Counted from the first letter of the stretch, positions 17,885-26,632 are shown. The stretch: 32,000 bases of DNA from Xanthomonas campestris pv. campestris str. ATCC 33913 (GCF_000007145.1 NC_003902.1:1267436-1299435); one strand, 5' to 3'. Translations and numbers: made by a program. Notes: a model not told the origin generated them from the sequence alone.

Positions 17885-18736
17885 ATGCTGACTGTTATTT
17901 CCCGTTCCTCGTCCCGTGTAGCGCGCACCCCTGTGCTGGTCATCGCCCTGGCCGGCGTGCTGTGCGGTCTGGCCTCGCAAGCGCAGGCGCAGGCGCAAGA
18001 CGCCACCGAAGCACCGCTGTGCACCGATCGGCCGACCAAGGCCAATTCCACCTGTACCGTGCCGGCCGGCGCCTGGCAGCTGGAAACCGACATCGGCAGC
18101 TACACCCGCGACAGCCAGCCCGGCACGCGCATCGAAACCTCGGTGTTCACCAATCCCACGCTCAAGTACGGCGTCAGCGACCGCATCGATCTGCAGCTCA
18201 ACTGGGCGCCGCAGCTGCAGGTCAAGACCACCGATCGCGCCACCGGCGCACGTAGCAGCCTGAGCGGCGGTGGCGACATCTATCTGCGCATGAAGGCGCG
18301 CTTTTACGAGAGCGATACCGCTACCGTCGCGGTGCTGCCGTTCGTCAAGGCGCCCACCGCGCGCACCGGTCTGGGCAACGAGGAGTGGGAAGGCGGCATC
18401 GCGCTGCCGATCAATTTCGCCTTGCCCAATAGCTTCTCGTTGACCTTCGGCCCGGAGGTCGACTGGCTGGCCGACAGCGATGGCAGCGGCAATCACATCG
18501 CAGTGATCAATGCGATCAACCTGGCCCGCCCGCTGACACCGAAGTTGTCGATGGCGGTGGAAGTGTGGTCCTCGATCAATCGCGACCCCGCCGAAACCAT
18601 CGAGCAGTATTCGGCCGACATCGCCACTGCGTATCTGATCAATCCGCTGTTGCAACTGGACGTGGGCGCCAACTTCGGCCTCAACGACCGCAACCCGGAT
18701 GCGCAGGTGTATGTGGGGTTGGCGCACCGCTTCTGA
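17885..18736 (+). CDS. Outer-membrane beta-barrel protein (resembles the 'transporter / MetA-pathway of phenol degradation' family)
   Basis: The track ORF starts at 17714. I prefer the ATG at 17885 (GGAG RBS), which gives the signal peptide MLTVISRSSSRVARTPVLVIALAGVLCGLASQAQA. It contains CTDRPTKANSTCTVPAGAWQLETD, alternating beta-strand patterns and a C-terminal ...YVGLAHRF (terminal Phe). Confidence 0.6.
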   Translation: MLTVISRSSSRVARTPVLVIALAGVLCGLASQAQAQAQDATEAPLCTDRPTKANSTCTVPAGAWQLETDIGSYTRDSQPGTRIETSVFTNPTLKYGVSDRIDLQLNWAPQLQVKTTDRATGARSSLSGGGDIYLRMKARFYESDTATVAVLPFVKAPTARTGLGNEEWEGGIALPINFALPNSFSLTFGPEVDWLADSDGSGNHIAVINAINLARPLTPKLSMAVEVWSSINRDPAETIEQYSADIATAYLINPLLQLDVGANFGLNDRNPDAQVYVGLAHRF

Positions 18737-18805
18737 TGCGTGTGATGGGCCAGGCAGGGTGAGTTGGCGTACGTGCCACCGCGTTGCAAGCATGGTCAAA
18801 GTTGC

Positions 18806-18830
18806 GAGGCGCCAGGTTGACTGGCGCCTC
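18806..18830 (+). terminator. Hairpin downstream of the outer-membrane protein gene
   Basis: GAGGCGCCAG-GTTGA-CTGGCGCCTC forms a perfect 10-bp stem with no T-tract. Confidence 0.35.
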
Positions 18831-19205
18831 ACACCATTAGCACGTGGCTTTTCGGTCACTGCTGATGCTTGAGCAACGCTGAGCGGGTGCTGCCGCAGGG
18901 CAAAGCCCTCTCCACGTAGCGGCGGCTGTTGCAATCACCTATCCAACACAGCGTGCACGCGTCAAGCGTGCCTGGCCGCTGCCATCAGCTTGATGGCTGC
19001 ACGACCCATGCCGCCACGCCGCCACGCGCGACAGCCATACGTGTTCGACAGCACGCGCCTGGGGATTCTGGTCGCTGCGCTGACGCGCGCAATTCCATGC
19101 ACGAGGCGAGGCCCACGCGGCAATGCAGGCAGGCGCAAGCGCAAGTCTTTGCGCGTGCGCCGCAGCAACGCCTACCATCGACGTTTTGCCGTTGCCGGAA
19201 CTCCC

Positions 19206-21323
19206 ATGAAGCTTCGTACTGCCGTATTGCCCCTGTGCCTGTTGACTGCCTTGCCCATGCTGGCCGCCGCGCGCGGTTTCGATGTGCGCGACATGGTGGC
19301 GCTGGACCGCGTGTCCTCGCCCACGCTTACGCCCGATGGCAGCGTGGTGGTATTCGCCAAGCGCCAGGCCAAGACCGCCAATGGCAAGGCCGCCACCAGC
19401 CTGTGGATGCGCAATCTGCGCACCCGCGATCTGGCGCCGCCCAAGCGGCTCACACCGGAAGGCTGGAACGTCAACAGCCCGGCGCTGTCGCCGGATGGCA
19501 AGAAGGTGTACTTCCTCAGCAGCAAGTCCGGCACCCAGCAGCTGTACGCGCAGCCGCTGGCCGGCGGCATCCCGCAGCAACTCACCGCCTTTGCGGTGGA
19601 CCTGGACAGCTACAAGCTCTCGCCGGATGGCAAGCGCATTGCCTTCAGTGCGGGCGTGTTCCAGGACTGCGGCTCGGACCTGGGCTGCACCAAGAAGAAG
19701 CTGGCCGATCTCAAGAACGCCAAGGCCAGCGGCGTGGTGTACGACCAGTTGTTCGTGCGCCATTGGGATACCTGGAACGATGGCCGTCGCAACACGTTGT
19801 TCGTCGCCGAGCTGCCTGCGGCCGGTGCGAAGGCCGTGGCAGGTGCCTCGGCGATCAGCGCCACGCTGGCCGGCGATGCACCGTCCAAGCCGTTCGGCGG
19901 CAATGACGATTACGCCTGGTCGCCCGATGGCGCCAGCGTGGTGGCCAGCGTGCGCATCCCGCAGCCGCATGGCCCGGGCGCCGGCAAGACGGCTGCGCAA
20001 GGCAAGGCCACCGGCAACGACGAAGCGTGGCAGACCAACTTCGACCTGTATCGCCTGGATGCGGCCGGCAAGTCCGCGCCGGTCAATCTCACCGCCGCCA
20101 ATCCCGCCTGGGATGCCGGCCCGGTGTTCAGTGCCGACGGCAAGACGCTGTACTACCGCGCCATGAAGCGCCCGGGTTTCGAAGCCGACCGTTTCGGCCT
20201 GATGGCGATGGATCTGGCCAGCGGCAAGACCCGCGAGATCGCGCCGAAGTGGGACCGCTCGGCGGGCGAGATCGTGCTGAGCGACGATGGCAGCAGCCTG
20301 TACACCAGCGCCGACGATCTGGGCGAGCACCCCTTGTTCAAGATCGACATTGCCAGCGGTGACGCCACCAAGGTGGTGGGCGAGGGCAGCGTGCATGCAC
20401 CTGTGCTGGCCGGTACCACGCTGGCATTCACGCGTAACTCGCTCAAGAGCGGCGACCAGATAGTTGTCAGCGATGTGCAGGGCCAGGGCCTGCGTGCGAT
20501 CACCCAGAGCGCCGGCGAATTGCTGCCCGACGTGCAGTTCGGCGACTACGAGCAGTTCCAGTTCAAGGGTTGGAACAACGACACCGTGCATGGCTACGTG
20601 GTCAAGCCGTACAACTATGAGGAAGGCAAGACCTATCCGGTGGCGTTCCTGATCCACGGCGGCCCGCAGGGCAGTTTCGGCAATGGTTGGAGCAACCGCT
20701 GGAATCCGCAGACCTACGCCGGCCAGGGCTATGCGGTGGTGATGATCGACTTCCATGGCTCCACCGGCTATGGCCAGGAATTCACCGACGCGATCAGCCA
20801 GCATTGGGGCGACCGCCCGCTGGAAGACCTGCAAAAGGGTTGGGCCGCTGCGCAGAAGCAATACGGCTTCCTCAACGGCGACAAGGCCTGTGCGCTGGGT
20901 GCCAGCTACGGCGGCTACATGGTCTATTGGATGGCCGGCAACTGGAACCAACCGTGGAAGTGCCTCGTCGACCACGACGGCGTCTTCGACAACCGCACCA
21001 TGGGCTATGCCACCGAGGAATTGTGGTTCAGCGAATGGGAAAACGGGGGCACGCCGTGGCAGAACCCCGCAGGCTACGAGAAGTTCAACCCGGTGCTGCA
21101 CGTGGACAAGTGGAAGGTGCCGATGCTGGTGATCCATGGCCAGCAGGATTTCCGCATCCCGGTCGAGCAGGGCCTGGCCGCGTTCACCGCGCTGCAGCGC
21201 AAGGGCATCGACTCCAAGTTCCTGTATTTCCCGGACGAGAACCACTGGGTGCTCAAGCCGGACAACAGCGTGCTGTGGCATGACACCGTCAATGCCTGGT
21301 TGAAGCAGCACATCGGGCAGTGA
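19206..21323 (+). CDS. Secreted S9-family serine peptidase (prolyl oligopeptidase / acylaminoacyl- or dipeptidyl-peptidase type)
   Basis: The track ORF starts at 18990. I prefer the ATG at 19206, which gives the signal peptide MKLRTAVLPLCLLTALPMLAAA. It has N-terminal beta-propeller-like repeats (SPDG motifs) and a C-terminal alpha/beta hydrolase with GASYGGYM (nucleophile elbow), HGQQDFRIP and DENHW. Confidence 0.9.
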   Translation: MKLRTAVLPLCLLTALPMLAAARGFDVRDMVALDRVSSPTLTPDGSVVVFAKRQAKTANGKAATSLWMRNLRTRDLAPPKRLTPEGWNVNSPALSPDGKKVYFLSSKSGTQQLYAQPLAGGIPQQLTAFAVDLDSYKLSPDGKRIAFSAGVFQDCGSDLGCTKKKLADLKNAKASGVVYDQLFVRHWDTWNDGRRNTLFVAELPAAGAKAVAGASAISATLAGDAPSKPFGGNDDYAWSPDGASVVASVRIPQPHGPGAGKTAAQGKATGNDEAWQTNFDLYRLDAAGKSAPVNLTAANPAWDAGPVFSADGKTLYYRAMKRPGFEADRFGLMAMDLASGKTREIAPKWDRSAGEIVLSDDGSSLYTSADDLGEHPLFKIDIASGDATKVVGEGSVHAPVLAGTTLAFTRNSLKSGDQIVVSDVQGQGLRAITQSAGELLPDVQFGDYEQFQFKGWNNDTVHGYVVKPYNYEEGKTYPVAFLIHGGPQGSFGNGWSNRWNPQTYAGQGYAVVMIDFHGSTGYGQEFTDAISQHWGDRPLEDLQKGWAAAQKQYGFLNGDKACALGASYGGYMVYWMAGNWNQPWKCLVDHDGVFDNRTMGYATEELWFSEWENGGTPWQNPAGYEKFNPVLHVDKWKVPMLVIHGQQDFRIPVEQGLAAFTALQRKGIDSKFLYFPDENHWVLKPDNSVLWHDTVNAWLKQHIGQ

Positions 21324-21344
21324 TCGCCCGTTGAAGCACTGACA

Positions 21345-21369
21345 GGCACGCCGTGCAATGCGGCGTGCC
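21345..21369 (+). terminator. Candidate intrinsic terminator of the S9 peptidase gene
   Basis: GGCACGCCG-TGCAATG-CGGCGTGCC forms a 9-bp stem, followed by GGTCATGTTTGTGG. Confidence 0.5.
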
Positions 21370-21382
21370 GGTCATGTTTGTG

Positions 21383-21532
21383 GCTTAGAGCAGCTATCAA
21401 AACGACTGCGCAGCCGCCAGGCGGGCGCGGCCGGTGCTCGGAATCGGCATGTACCCACGTACACTCCGGTTCCTCCGCGCCGTCCGCACCCACCTGACGG
21501 CTGCTCGCTACGTTTTGTTAGCCGCTCTTAGT
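21383..21532. mobile_element. MITE-like 150-bp foldback element, copy A
   Basis: Imperfect terminal inverted repeats: GAGCAGCTATCAAAACG at one end and CGTTTTGTTAGCCGCTC at the other. The two halves are largely self-complementary. TTAG occurs at both ends (21385..21388 and 21528..21531). A second copy with 6 substitutions and 1 indel lies at 23634..23782 in the same orientation. Confidence 0.65.
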
Positions 21533-21932
21533 GGGCAGCGAGCGCGCGTTTGGCCAGGTGGCTTTCCACAATCTGCAGGATCTCGGCCACCGCGATGCCG
21601 TACGAGCCAGCCTGGCCGGCATCGAATGCGGCTTTCCATTCGCTGTAACCGGGTAGATAGGCCGGGTCGGGCGCGCTGCTGCCAACCAGCGCCGCATCAC
21701 TGCGGTCCAGCGTCTGCGCAATCACCGGCACATGCGGCAGCGTTTCCAGCAAACCACCGGGTGCACCCGGATGCTGGATCTGCACCTCGCGCAGCGTGGC
21801 GTGCAGGATCTGCCCGCCCTGCGGATGCTCATCGATCCGGTTGATCAGCAGGAGCGGGTTTTCGCCTGCATGCCGCCCGCGGCAGCGCCACAGTTGCCCG
21901 ACGGCGTAAGGCGTGGAAGTGGGCAGGGTCAT
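21528..21932 (-). CDS. Hypothetical protein (about 134 aa), no family recognised
   Basis: The track ORF extends to 22076. GGAG lies upstream of the ATGs at 21938 and 21932, and I prefer 21932 on spacing (MTLPTSTPYAVGQLWRCRG...). Good GC3. The stop codon (TAA, 21528..21530) lies inside the terminal TTAG of MITE copy A. Confidence 0.5.
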   Translation of the reverse strand: MTLPTSTPYAVGQLWRCRGRHAGENPLLLINRIDEHPQGGQILHATLREVQIQHPGAPGGLLETLPHVPVIAQTLDRSDAALVGSSAPDPAYLPGYSEWKAAFDAGQAGSYGIAVAEILQIVESHLAKRALAAH

Positions 21933-22186
21933 GGGCATCTCCGAAAGTACAAACGCGCATGATGCCGGCAGGCGCGCGACAAGGCGACCTGCGAATGCCA
22001 CCACGTTGCTCAAGTCATCCGACGTGCTGCCGCTAAGGGGTGCAGATGAGTACGCTCTTGGCGGGTTTGGTCGCATAACGGCAGCTAATCGCGCACGTGC
22101 GTCATCGCTTCAGCGTCATGCCGACATGGCAAAATGAGGCGTCTCCACCTTTCCCAGTTCCCTGCAGGATCGCAAGGATCGTTTGC

Positions 22187-22696
22187 ATGCGCATGTTTGT
22201 CCGCCCACTGATATTGGGGCTTGTTGTTGTTTCCTCTCCCGCCTGGAGCGCCGTGCCGCGGCCTGTTTCCAGTGCGCCCGTGCGTGCAACCGCAGCGGCC
22301 GAGACGCCGCCTGCCGCGTCTGCCGCAGCCGATGCAGTGGGTGACGCGCTGGCAGTGCCGTTGCCGGCCACACTCCAGTCCGGCATGAGCTACCGCGCCT
22401 TTGCGCAGACAGTGATGGAGCAGGGCTGGCAGCCGGCGGACCCGTTGGCTGCCGACAGCTGCATGGCCGCCGGTGATTGCGAGATCGAATTCGTCGCACC
22501 AACACCCGGCACCCGCCTGCGTGTGCAGATCGGCTCGCAAGCCGGTGCTGCGGTGGTGCAGCGCTGGGCCACGCGCCCGGTGACGGCTGACCGGATTGCT
22601 GCCGGAACCGCGTCGGCCGCGGCCGGCACCACGCCCGCGCCGACTGCAGCGGCCGCAACGTCCGGCGCGGCCAACGCGACGAAAGATCCGCGCTGA
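22187..22696 (+). CDS. Secreted hypothetical protein with an Ala/Thr/Pro-rich C-terminal tail
   Basis: The track ORF starts at 22097. I prefer the ATG at 22187 (AAGGA RBS), which gives the signal peptide MRMFVRPLILGLVVVSSPAWSA. No family recognised. Confidence 0.55.
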   Translation: MRMFVRPLILGLVVVSSPAWSAVPRPVSSAPVRATAAAETPPAASAAADAVGDALAVPLPATLQSGMSYRAFAQTVMEQGWQPADPLAADSCMAAGDCEIEFVAPTPGTRLRVQIGSQAGAAVVQRWATRPVTADRIAAGTASAAAGTTPAPTAAAATSGAANATKDPR

Positions 22697-22812
22697 TCGG
22701 CATTCAGAAGGAATCGCGCCGCGGCGTATCATGACGTGGCCTGCCTGCGCAGCGATTGCGAACTGCAGTGCCCGCAGCGCCGTCATTCCTTGCCCTGAGC
22801 CCATCGTCCTGA

Positions 22813-23538
22813 ATGAAGAGCGTTGATCCTGCCGATCTGGAAGCGTTGTTCGATGCCGTGCCGGACGTGCTGTTCTTCGTCAAGGACCGCGAAGGCCGCT
22901 ATACCCACGTCAACCAGACCATGCTGCGGCGATTGGGCCTGAAGTCGCGCAAGGACTTGATCGGTAAGCGCGTCGCCGAGGTTTACCCCAGCGGGCTGGG
23001 CGCCAACTATGCCAACCAGGACGAACAGGTGTTGGCCGGTGCGGTGATCGACAACCTGCTCGAACTGCATCTGTTTGCCAACCGCGAGCCTGGCTGGTGC
23101 CTCACCTGCAAGCGTCCGCTGCTGGTGGACGGCAAGGTGCAGGGCATCATCGGCATTTCGCGCGATCTGGGGCCGCAGGATGGCCAGGAATCGCAGTACG
23201 AAAAACTGCGTCTCGCGCTGGCCTACCTCAACGCCAACTACGCGCAAAACGTGCGCATGCAGGCGCTGGTGGATATCACCGGGTTCTCGATGTCCAAGCT
23301 GCAGCGCTCGTTCCGCAAGGTGTTTCAGCTCACCCCGCAACAGGTACTGGCCAAGCTGCGTCTGCAGATGGCGATGCATTTATTGCATGGAACCAAAAGC
23401 GTGACCGAGATTGGCCATGCCTGTGGTTTCAGCGATCAAAGCGCGTTTACACGGCAGTTCAAGCTGGCCGTGGGCATGACCCCACGTGAGTACCGCACGC
23501 TGGCAAATGCTGCGCAGTTTCCTGCCGGAACTTCTTAG
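22813..23538 (+). CDS. AraC/XylS-family transcriptional regulator with an N-terminal PAS-like sensor domain
   Basis: 241 aa. The PAS-like N-terminus is LFDAVPDVLFFVKDREGRYTHVNQTMLRRLG...VQGIIGISRDL. The C-terminal double HTH is ...LVDITGFSMSKLQRSFRKVFQLTPQQVL...IGHACGFSDQSAFTRQFKLAVGMTPREYR. Confidence 0.9.
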   Translation: MKSVDPADLEALFDAVPDVLFFVKDREGRYTHVNQTMLRRLGLKSRKDLIGKRVAEVYPSGLGANYANQDEQVLAGAVIDNLLELHLFANREPGWCLTCKRPLLVDGKVQGIIGISRDLGPQDGQESQYEKLRLALAYLNANYAQNVRMQALVDITGFSMSKLQRSFRKVFQLTPQQVLAKLRLQMAMHLLHGTKSVTEIGHACGFSDQSAFTRQFKLAVGMTPREYRTLANAAQFPAGTS

Positions 23539-23548
23539 GGCGGTCTGA

Positions 23549-23572
23549 TAAGACGAATTCGTAAGACGAATT
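23549..23572. repeat. Tandem duplication TAAGACGAATT-cg-TAAGACGAATT
   Basis: Two identical 11-mers with a 13-bp period, in an AT-richer patch just after the AraC stop. Confidence 0.7.
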
Positions 23573-23633
23573 GGCAGCAGCGAAGTGAGTTGAGTGTGTG
23601 GTGCCCTCACTGCAGCAGAGCATTGAGTCAACA

Positions 23634-23782
23634 GCTTAGAGCACTTATCAAAACGACTGCGCAGCCGCCAGGCGGGGGCGGCCGGTGCTCGGAATCGGCA
23701 TGTACCCCGTACACTCCGGTTCCTTCGCGCCATCCGCACCCACCTGACGGCTGCTCGCTACGTTTTGTAAGCCGCTCTTAGT
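23634..23782. mobile_element. MITE-like foldback element, copy B (149 bp)
   Basis: Same orientation as copy A and about 95% identical to it. TTAG at 23636..23639 and 23778..23781. Confidence 0.65.
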
Positions 23783-23800
23783 TAGTCGAGTGCGCGGCGC

Positions 23801-23889
23801 CCTCACCGCTTGCGGGACACGCCGTGAATCCGTCCGTGGAGGCTCGGTGGCGGCATCCATGCCGCCACACGGTCCCGCAAGCGGCGAGG
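23801..23889 (+). repeat. REP-like nested-hairpin element, copy 1
   Basis: Outer stem is CCTCACCGCTTGCGGGAC (23801..23818) with GTCCCGCAAGCGGCGAGG (23872..23889). Inner perfect palindrome is GTGGCGGCAT-CC-ATGCCGCCAC (23847..23868). Confidence 0.65.
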
Positions 23890-24040
23890 ACACCGCACCA
23901 GAACGTTCGCAGGTCGCTTCGTTGAAAGCCTGCCTGTTATTCGTTCGCGTTGCGACGCTGATCGGGCGCGCCGTCATCCAGAAAAGCGCGCGTATTGCGC
24001 TGCATGCAACCATGCACACCGACATGCCTGATTGGTCCTT

Positions 24041-24134
24041 GCCCGCTTACCGTCGCGGGACCTTACGCGGCATGGATGCCGCGTAAGAGCTTACAAGGAC
24101 GTACTTGCAGCGTGTCCCGCGATGGTGGGCGGGC
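24041..24134 (-). repeat. REP-like nested-hairpin element, copy 2 (inverted relative to copy 1)
   Basis: Outer stem is GCCCGCTTACCGTCGCGGGAC (24041..24061) with GTCCCGCGATGGTGGGCGGGC (24114..24134). Inner perfect palindrome is CTTACGCGGCAT-GG-ATGCCGCGTAAG (24062..24087). Its reverse complement aligns with copy 1 across the core (...GCGGGACACGC...CGTCC...GCTC...GCGGCATCCATGCCGC...GTCCCGC). Confidence 0.65.
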
Positions 24135-24246
24135 AAGGGCCCTGCAGCCAAGCGGCAGATCATCTGCTCTGCAAGCAATCAACACCCCTGTCCAACAAAC
24201 TCCAAACAACCCGAGATTTCGAAACGTAGCGTGCTTCAAATGCAAT

Positions 24247-24280
24247 GGGCGCGAAACGACATGGAAAGTCGCTCGCGCCC
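24247..24280 (-). terminator. Candidate katE terminator hairpin
   Basis: GGGCGCGAAACGAC-ATGGAAA-GTCGCTCGCGCCC, read on the plus strand. It lies 28 nt downstream of the katE stop, and on the minus strand it is followed by ATTGCATTTGAAGC. Confidence 0.5.
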
Positions 24281-24307
24281 AAGGCAGCTTTCGGTGGCGC
24301 TGGTGGG

Positions 24308-26413
24308 TTACGCCAGCATGCGCACCTTCGGCTCACGTGCCCATTGGCGGGTCTTGGCGGCGGTAATGAAGGCCTTGGTGTCGGCCGCATCGACCACGCC
24401 GGGGTCCTTGCCGACATTGCCGGCCTTGAGCAGCAGTTGCGCGCCGTCGTCGAAAGCAATCGCCTTCAGATGCGCCCAGGCATTGCTGACAAAATCCAGC
24501 GCCGCCGATTCGCGCGTCAACGCCTTGGCCGCTTCCGAAGACAGCAACACCGCCACCGCGTCGAACACGATCGACGGCGTGCCGGCCAGCTGGCCATCGG
24601 CCGCCAGTTGCTTGCCATCGCTGAGCTTGGCGCCGCCCAGCTTGGGGGCCACGATCTTGACCGTTGCACCGGCCGCTTCGGCCGCCTTGCGCACAGCCTT
24701 GATTGCCGCGGCGTCGGAGCCGTCGTGGATCAGGATGCCCACGGTGCGGCCCTGCAGCGTGTCCTTCATCTTGCCGATCAACTGCAGCGCAGGCGACAAC
24801 TGCATGTCGGTCGGTGCAACGGCGGCCGGCGGTGCCGGCGGCAGGCTGGTCATGCCCATGCCATCGGCCACGCGCTTGGCCAGCGCTTCATCGATATGCC
24901 GCAGATGTCCCACGATGGCCTCGCGCACGTGCGCGGTTTCCACCTTGGAGAGTTCAAACACCAGTGCAGATGCAAGATGCGCTTGCTCCGGCGCGGTCTG
25001 GCTGCGGAAGAACATGCGTGCCTGGCTGTAATGGTCGGCAAAACTTTCCGCACGCACGCGGCCCTTGGCGCCATCCTCGGCCGGTGTGGCATGGCTGGGG
25101 AAACCGCGCAGCGCTTCGCGTGGCGCATCGGCCTGCAACGAGCTGGGTTCGTACGCCACGCGGCCCTTCGGCACGCCCATCTGCATGTGACCATCGCGCT
25201 GATTGTTGGCGAACGGGCACTTCGGCGCGTTGATCGGAATCTGATGGAAGTTGGGCCCGCCCAGGCGGCTCAGCTGCGTGTCCAGGTAGGAGAACAGCCG
25301 GCCCTGCAGCAGCGGGTCGTTGCTGAAGTCGATCCCCGGCACGATGTTGGCCGGGCAGTAGGCCACCTGCTCGGTTTCGGCGAAGAAGTTGTCCGGCCAG
25401 CGGTCCAGCACCATGCGCCCGACGATCTGCAAGGGCACCAGCTCTTCCGGAATGACCTTGGTCGAATCCAGGTGGTCGAACGGGAATGCTTCGGCCTCGG
25501 CTTCGGTAAACAGCTGCACGCCCAATTCCCACTCGGGGAAGTCGCCCTTCTGGATCGCCTCGAACAGATCGCGACGCTGGAAGTCCGGGTCGGCACCGGC
25601 AAGTTTGACTGCCTCGTCCCAGATGGTGGACTGCAGGCCCAGCTTGGGGCGCCAATGGAATTTGACAAAGGTACTGTCGCCGTTTTCGTTGAGCAGGCGG
25701 AAGCTGTGGATGCCGAAGCCTTCGATCATGCGCAGCGAACGCGGAATGGTGCGATCGCTCATCGCCCACATGATCATGTGCATCGACTCGGGGGTGAGCG
25801 AGATGAAATCCCAGAACGTGTCGTGCGCGCTGGCGGCCTGCGGAAAGCCGCGGTCCGGTTCCATCTTCACCGCGTGGATGAGGTCTGGAAATTTCATTGC
25901 ATCCTGGATGAAGAACACCGGGATGTTGTTGCCGACCAGATCCCAGTTGCCTTCCTTGGTATAGAACTTCACCGCGAAGCCGCGTACGTCACGCGGCGTA
26001 TCGACCGAACCGGCGCCGCCGGCCACGGTGGAAAAACGCGTGAATAGCGGGGTTTTTTCGCCCACTTCGGTGAGCAGCTTGGCCGTGGTGTACTGGCTCA
26101 GCGACTTGGTCAGCTCGAAGTAGCCGTGCGCCGCGCTGCCGCGCGCATGCACGATGCGCTCGGGAATGCGTTCATGGTCGAAGTGCGTGATCTTTTCGCG
26201 CAGGATGAAATCTTCCAGCAACGTCGGGCCGCGCGGTGTGGCGCGGAGCGAGTTCTGGTTGTCGCCAACGGGAATGCCCTGGTTGGTGGTCAGTTGCGGA
26301 TGCGAGCCGCCAGCCTTCTGGTGCAGTTCGTCGCCGGTGCCGCGCAACTCATGCGCGCTTGCGGAACTGCCGACAGAAGGAATCTGTGCGGGCTTGCTGG
26401 GGGACTTGGCCAT
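24308..26413 (-). CDS. katE: Large-subunit monofunctional catalase (HPII type) with a C-terminal DJ-1/PfpI-like domain
   Basis: The track gives a GTG start at 26425. I prefer the ATG at 26411..26413 (GGAG 6 nt upstream). Motifs: ...[59 protein letters not shown]... At about 700 aa, its length fits HPII-class catalases. Confidence 0.95.
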   Translation of the reverse strand: MAKSPSKPAQIPSVGSSASAHELRGTGDELHQKAGGSHPQLTTNQGIPVGDNQNSLRATPRGPTLLEDFILREKITHFDHERIPERIVHARGSAAHGYFELTKSLSQYTTAKLLTEVGEKTPLFTRFSTVAGGAGSVDTPRDVRGFAVKFYTKEGNWDLVGNNIPVFFIQDAMKFPDLIHAVKMEPDRGFPQAASAHDTFWDFISLTPESMHMIMWAMSDRTIPRSLRMIEGFGIHSFRLLNENGDSTFVKFHWRPKLGLQSTIWDEAVKLAGADPDFQRRDLFEAIQKGDFPEWELGVQLFTEAEAEAFPFDHLDSTKVIPEELVPLQIVGRMVLDRWPDNFFAETEQVAYCPANIVPGIDFSNDPLLQGRLFSYLDTQLSRLGGPNFHQIPINAPKCPFANNQRDGHMQMGVPKGRVAYEPSSLQADAPREALRGFPSHATPAEDGAKGRVRAESFADHYSQARMFFRSQTAPEQAHLASALVFELSKVETAHVREAIVGHLRHIDEALAKRVADGMGMTSLPPAPPAAVAPTDMQLSPALQLIGKMKDTLQGRTVGILIHDGSDAAAIKAVRKAAEAAGATVKIVAPKLGGAKLSDGKQLAADGQLAGTPSIVFDAVAVLLSSEAAKALTRESAALDFVSNAWAHLKAIAFDDGAQLLLKAGNVGKDPGVVDAADTKAFITAAKTRQWAREPKVRMLA

Positions 26414-26632
26414 GGGGGACTCCACGTTGGCGGGCTGGGATGCGAGCTATCCAGTCGAGCCTGGGAGTGGCGCTGTTAAATGGATGTGTCTGCATGCGAA
26501 CGAACACTCACACGCGCATGCGAGCGCGTTGAAGGTCAGCGTCTAGCGAACAATTACACGCAAAAATAGCTGTTTAGTGCAATGACAACACTGTGACGCA
26601 CGGCATGCTGCAAGCGCGACCGTGAGCGAGGT

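Noticed and set aside
18939-21311. 790-aa minus-strand ORF
   Set aside because: It is an antisense shadow of the S9 peptidase gene. The plus-strand gene has the catalytic motifs and a signal peptide; this frame has none.
23549-24134. Repeat-rich region considered as a possible CRISPR array
   Set aside because: The repeats belong to different families: an 11-mer tandem, a 150-bp foldback and ~90-bp nested hairpins in opposite orientations. There is no regular repeat-spacer periodicity, and no cas genes are in the window.
24245-26047. 600-aa plus-strand ORF
   Set aside because: It is antisense to katE, whose catalase identity is unambiguous, and it has shadow-type composition.
26493-26522. 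GCATGCGA direct repeat (26493..26500 and 26515..26522) upstream of katE as a regulator site (e.g. OxyR-type)
   Set aside because: It is short, built on the self-complementary GCATGC core, and does not resemble any operator consensus I can recall. I could make no further support from the sequence alone.
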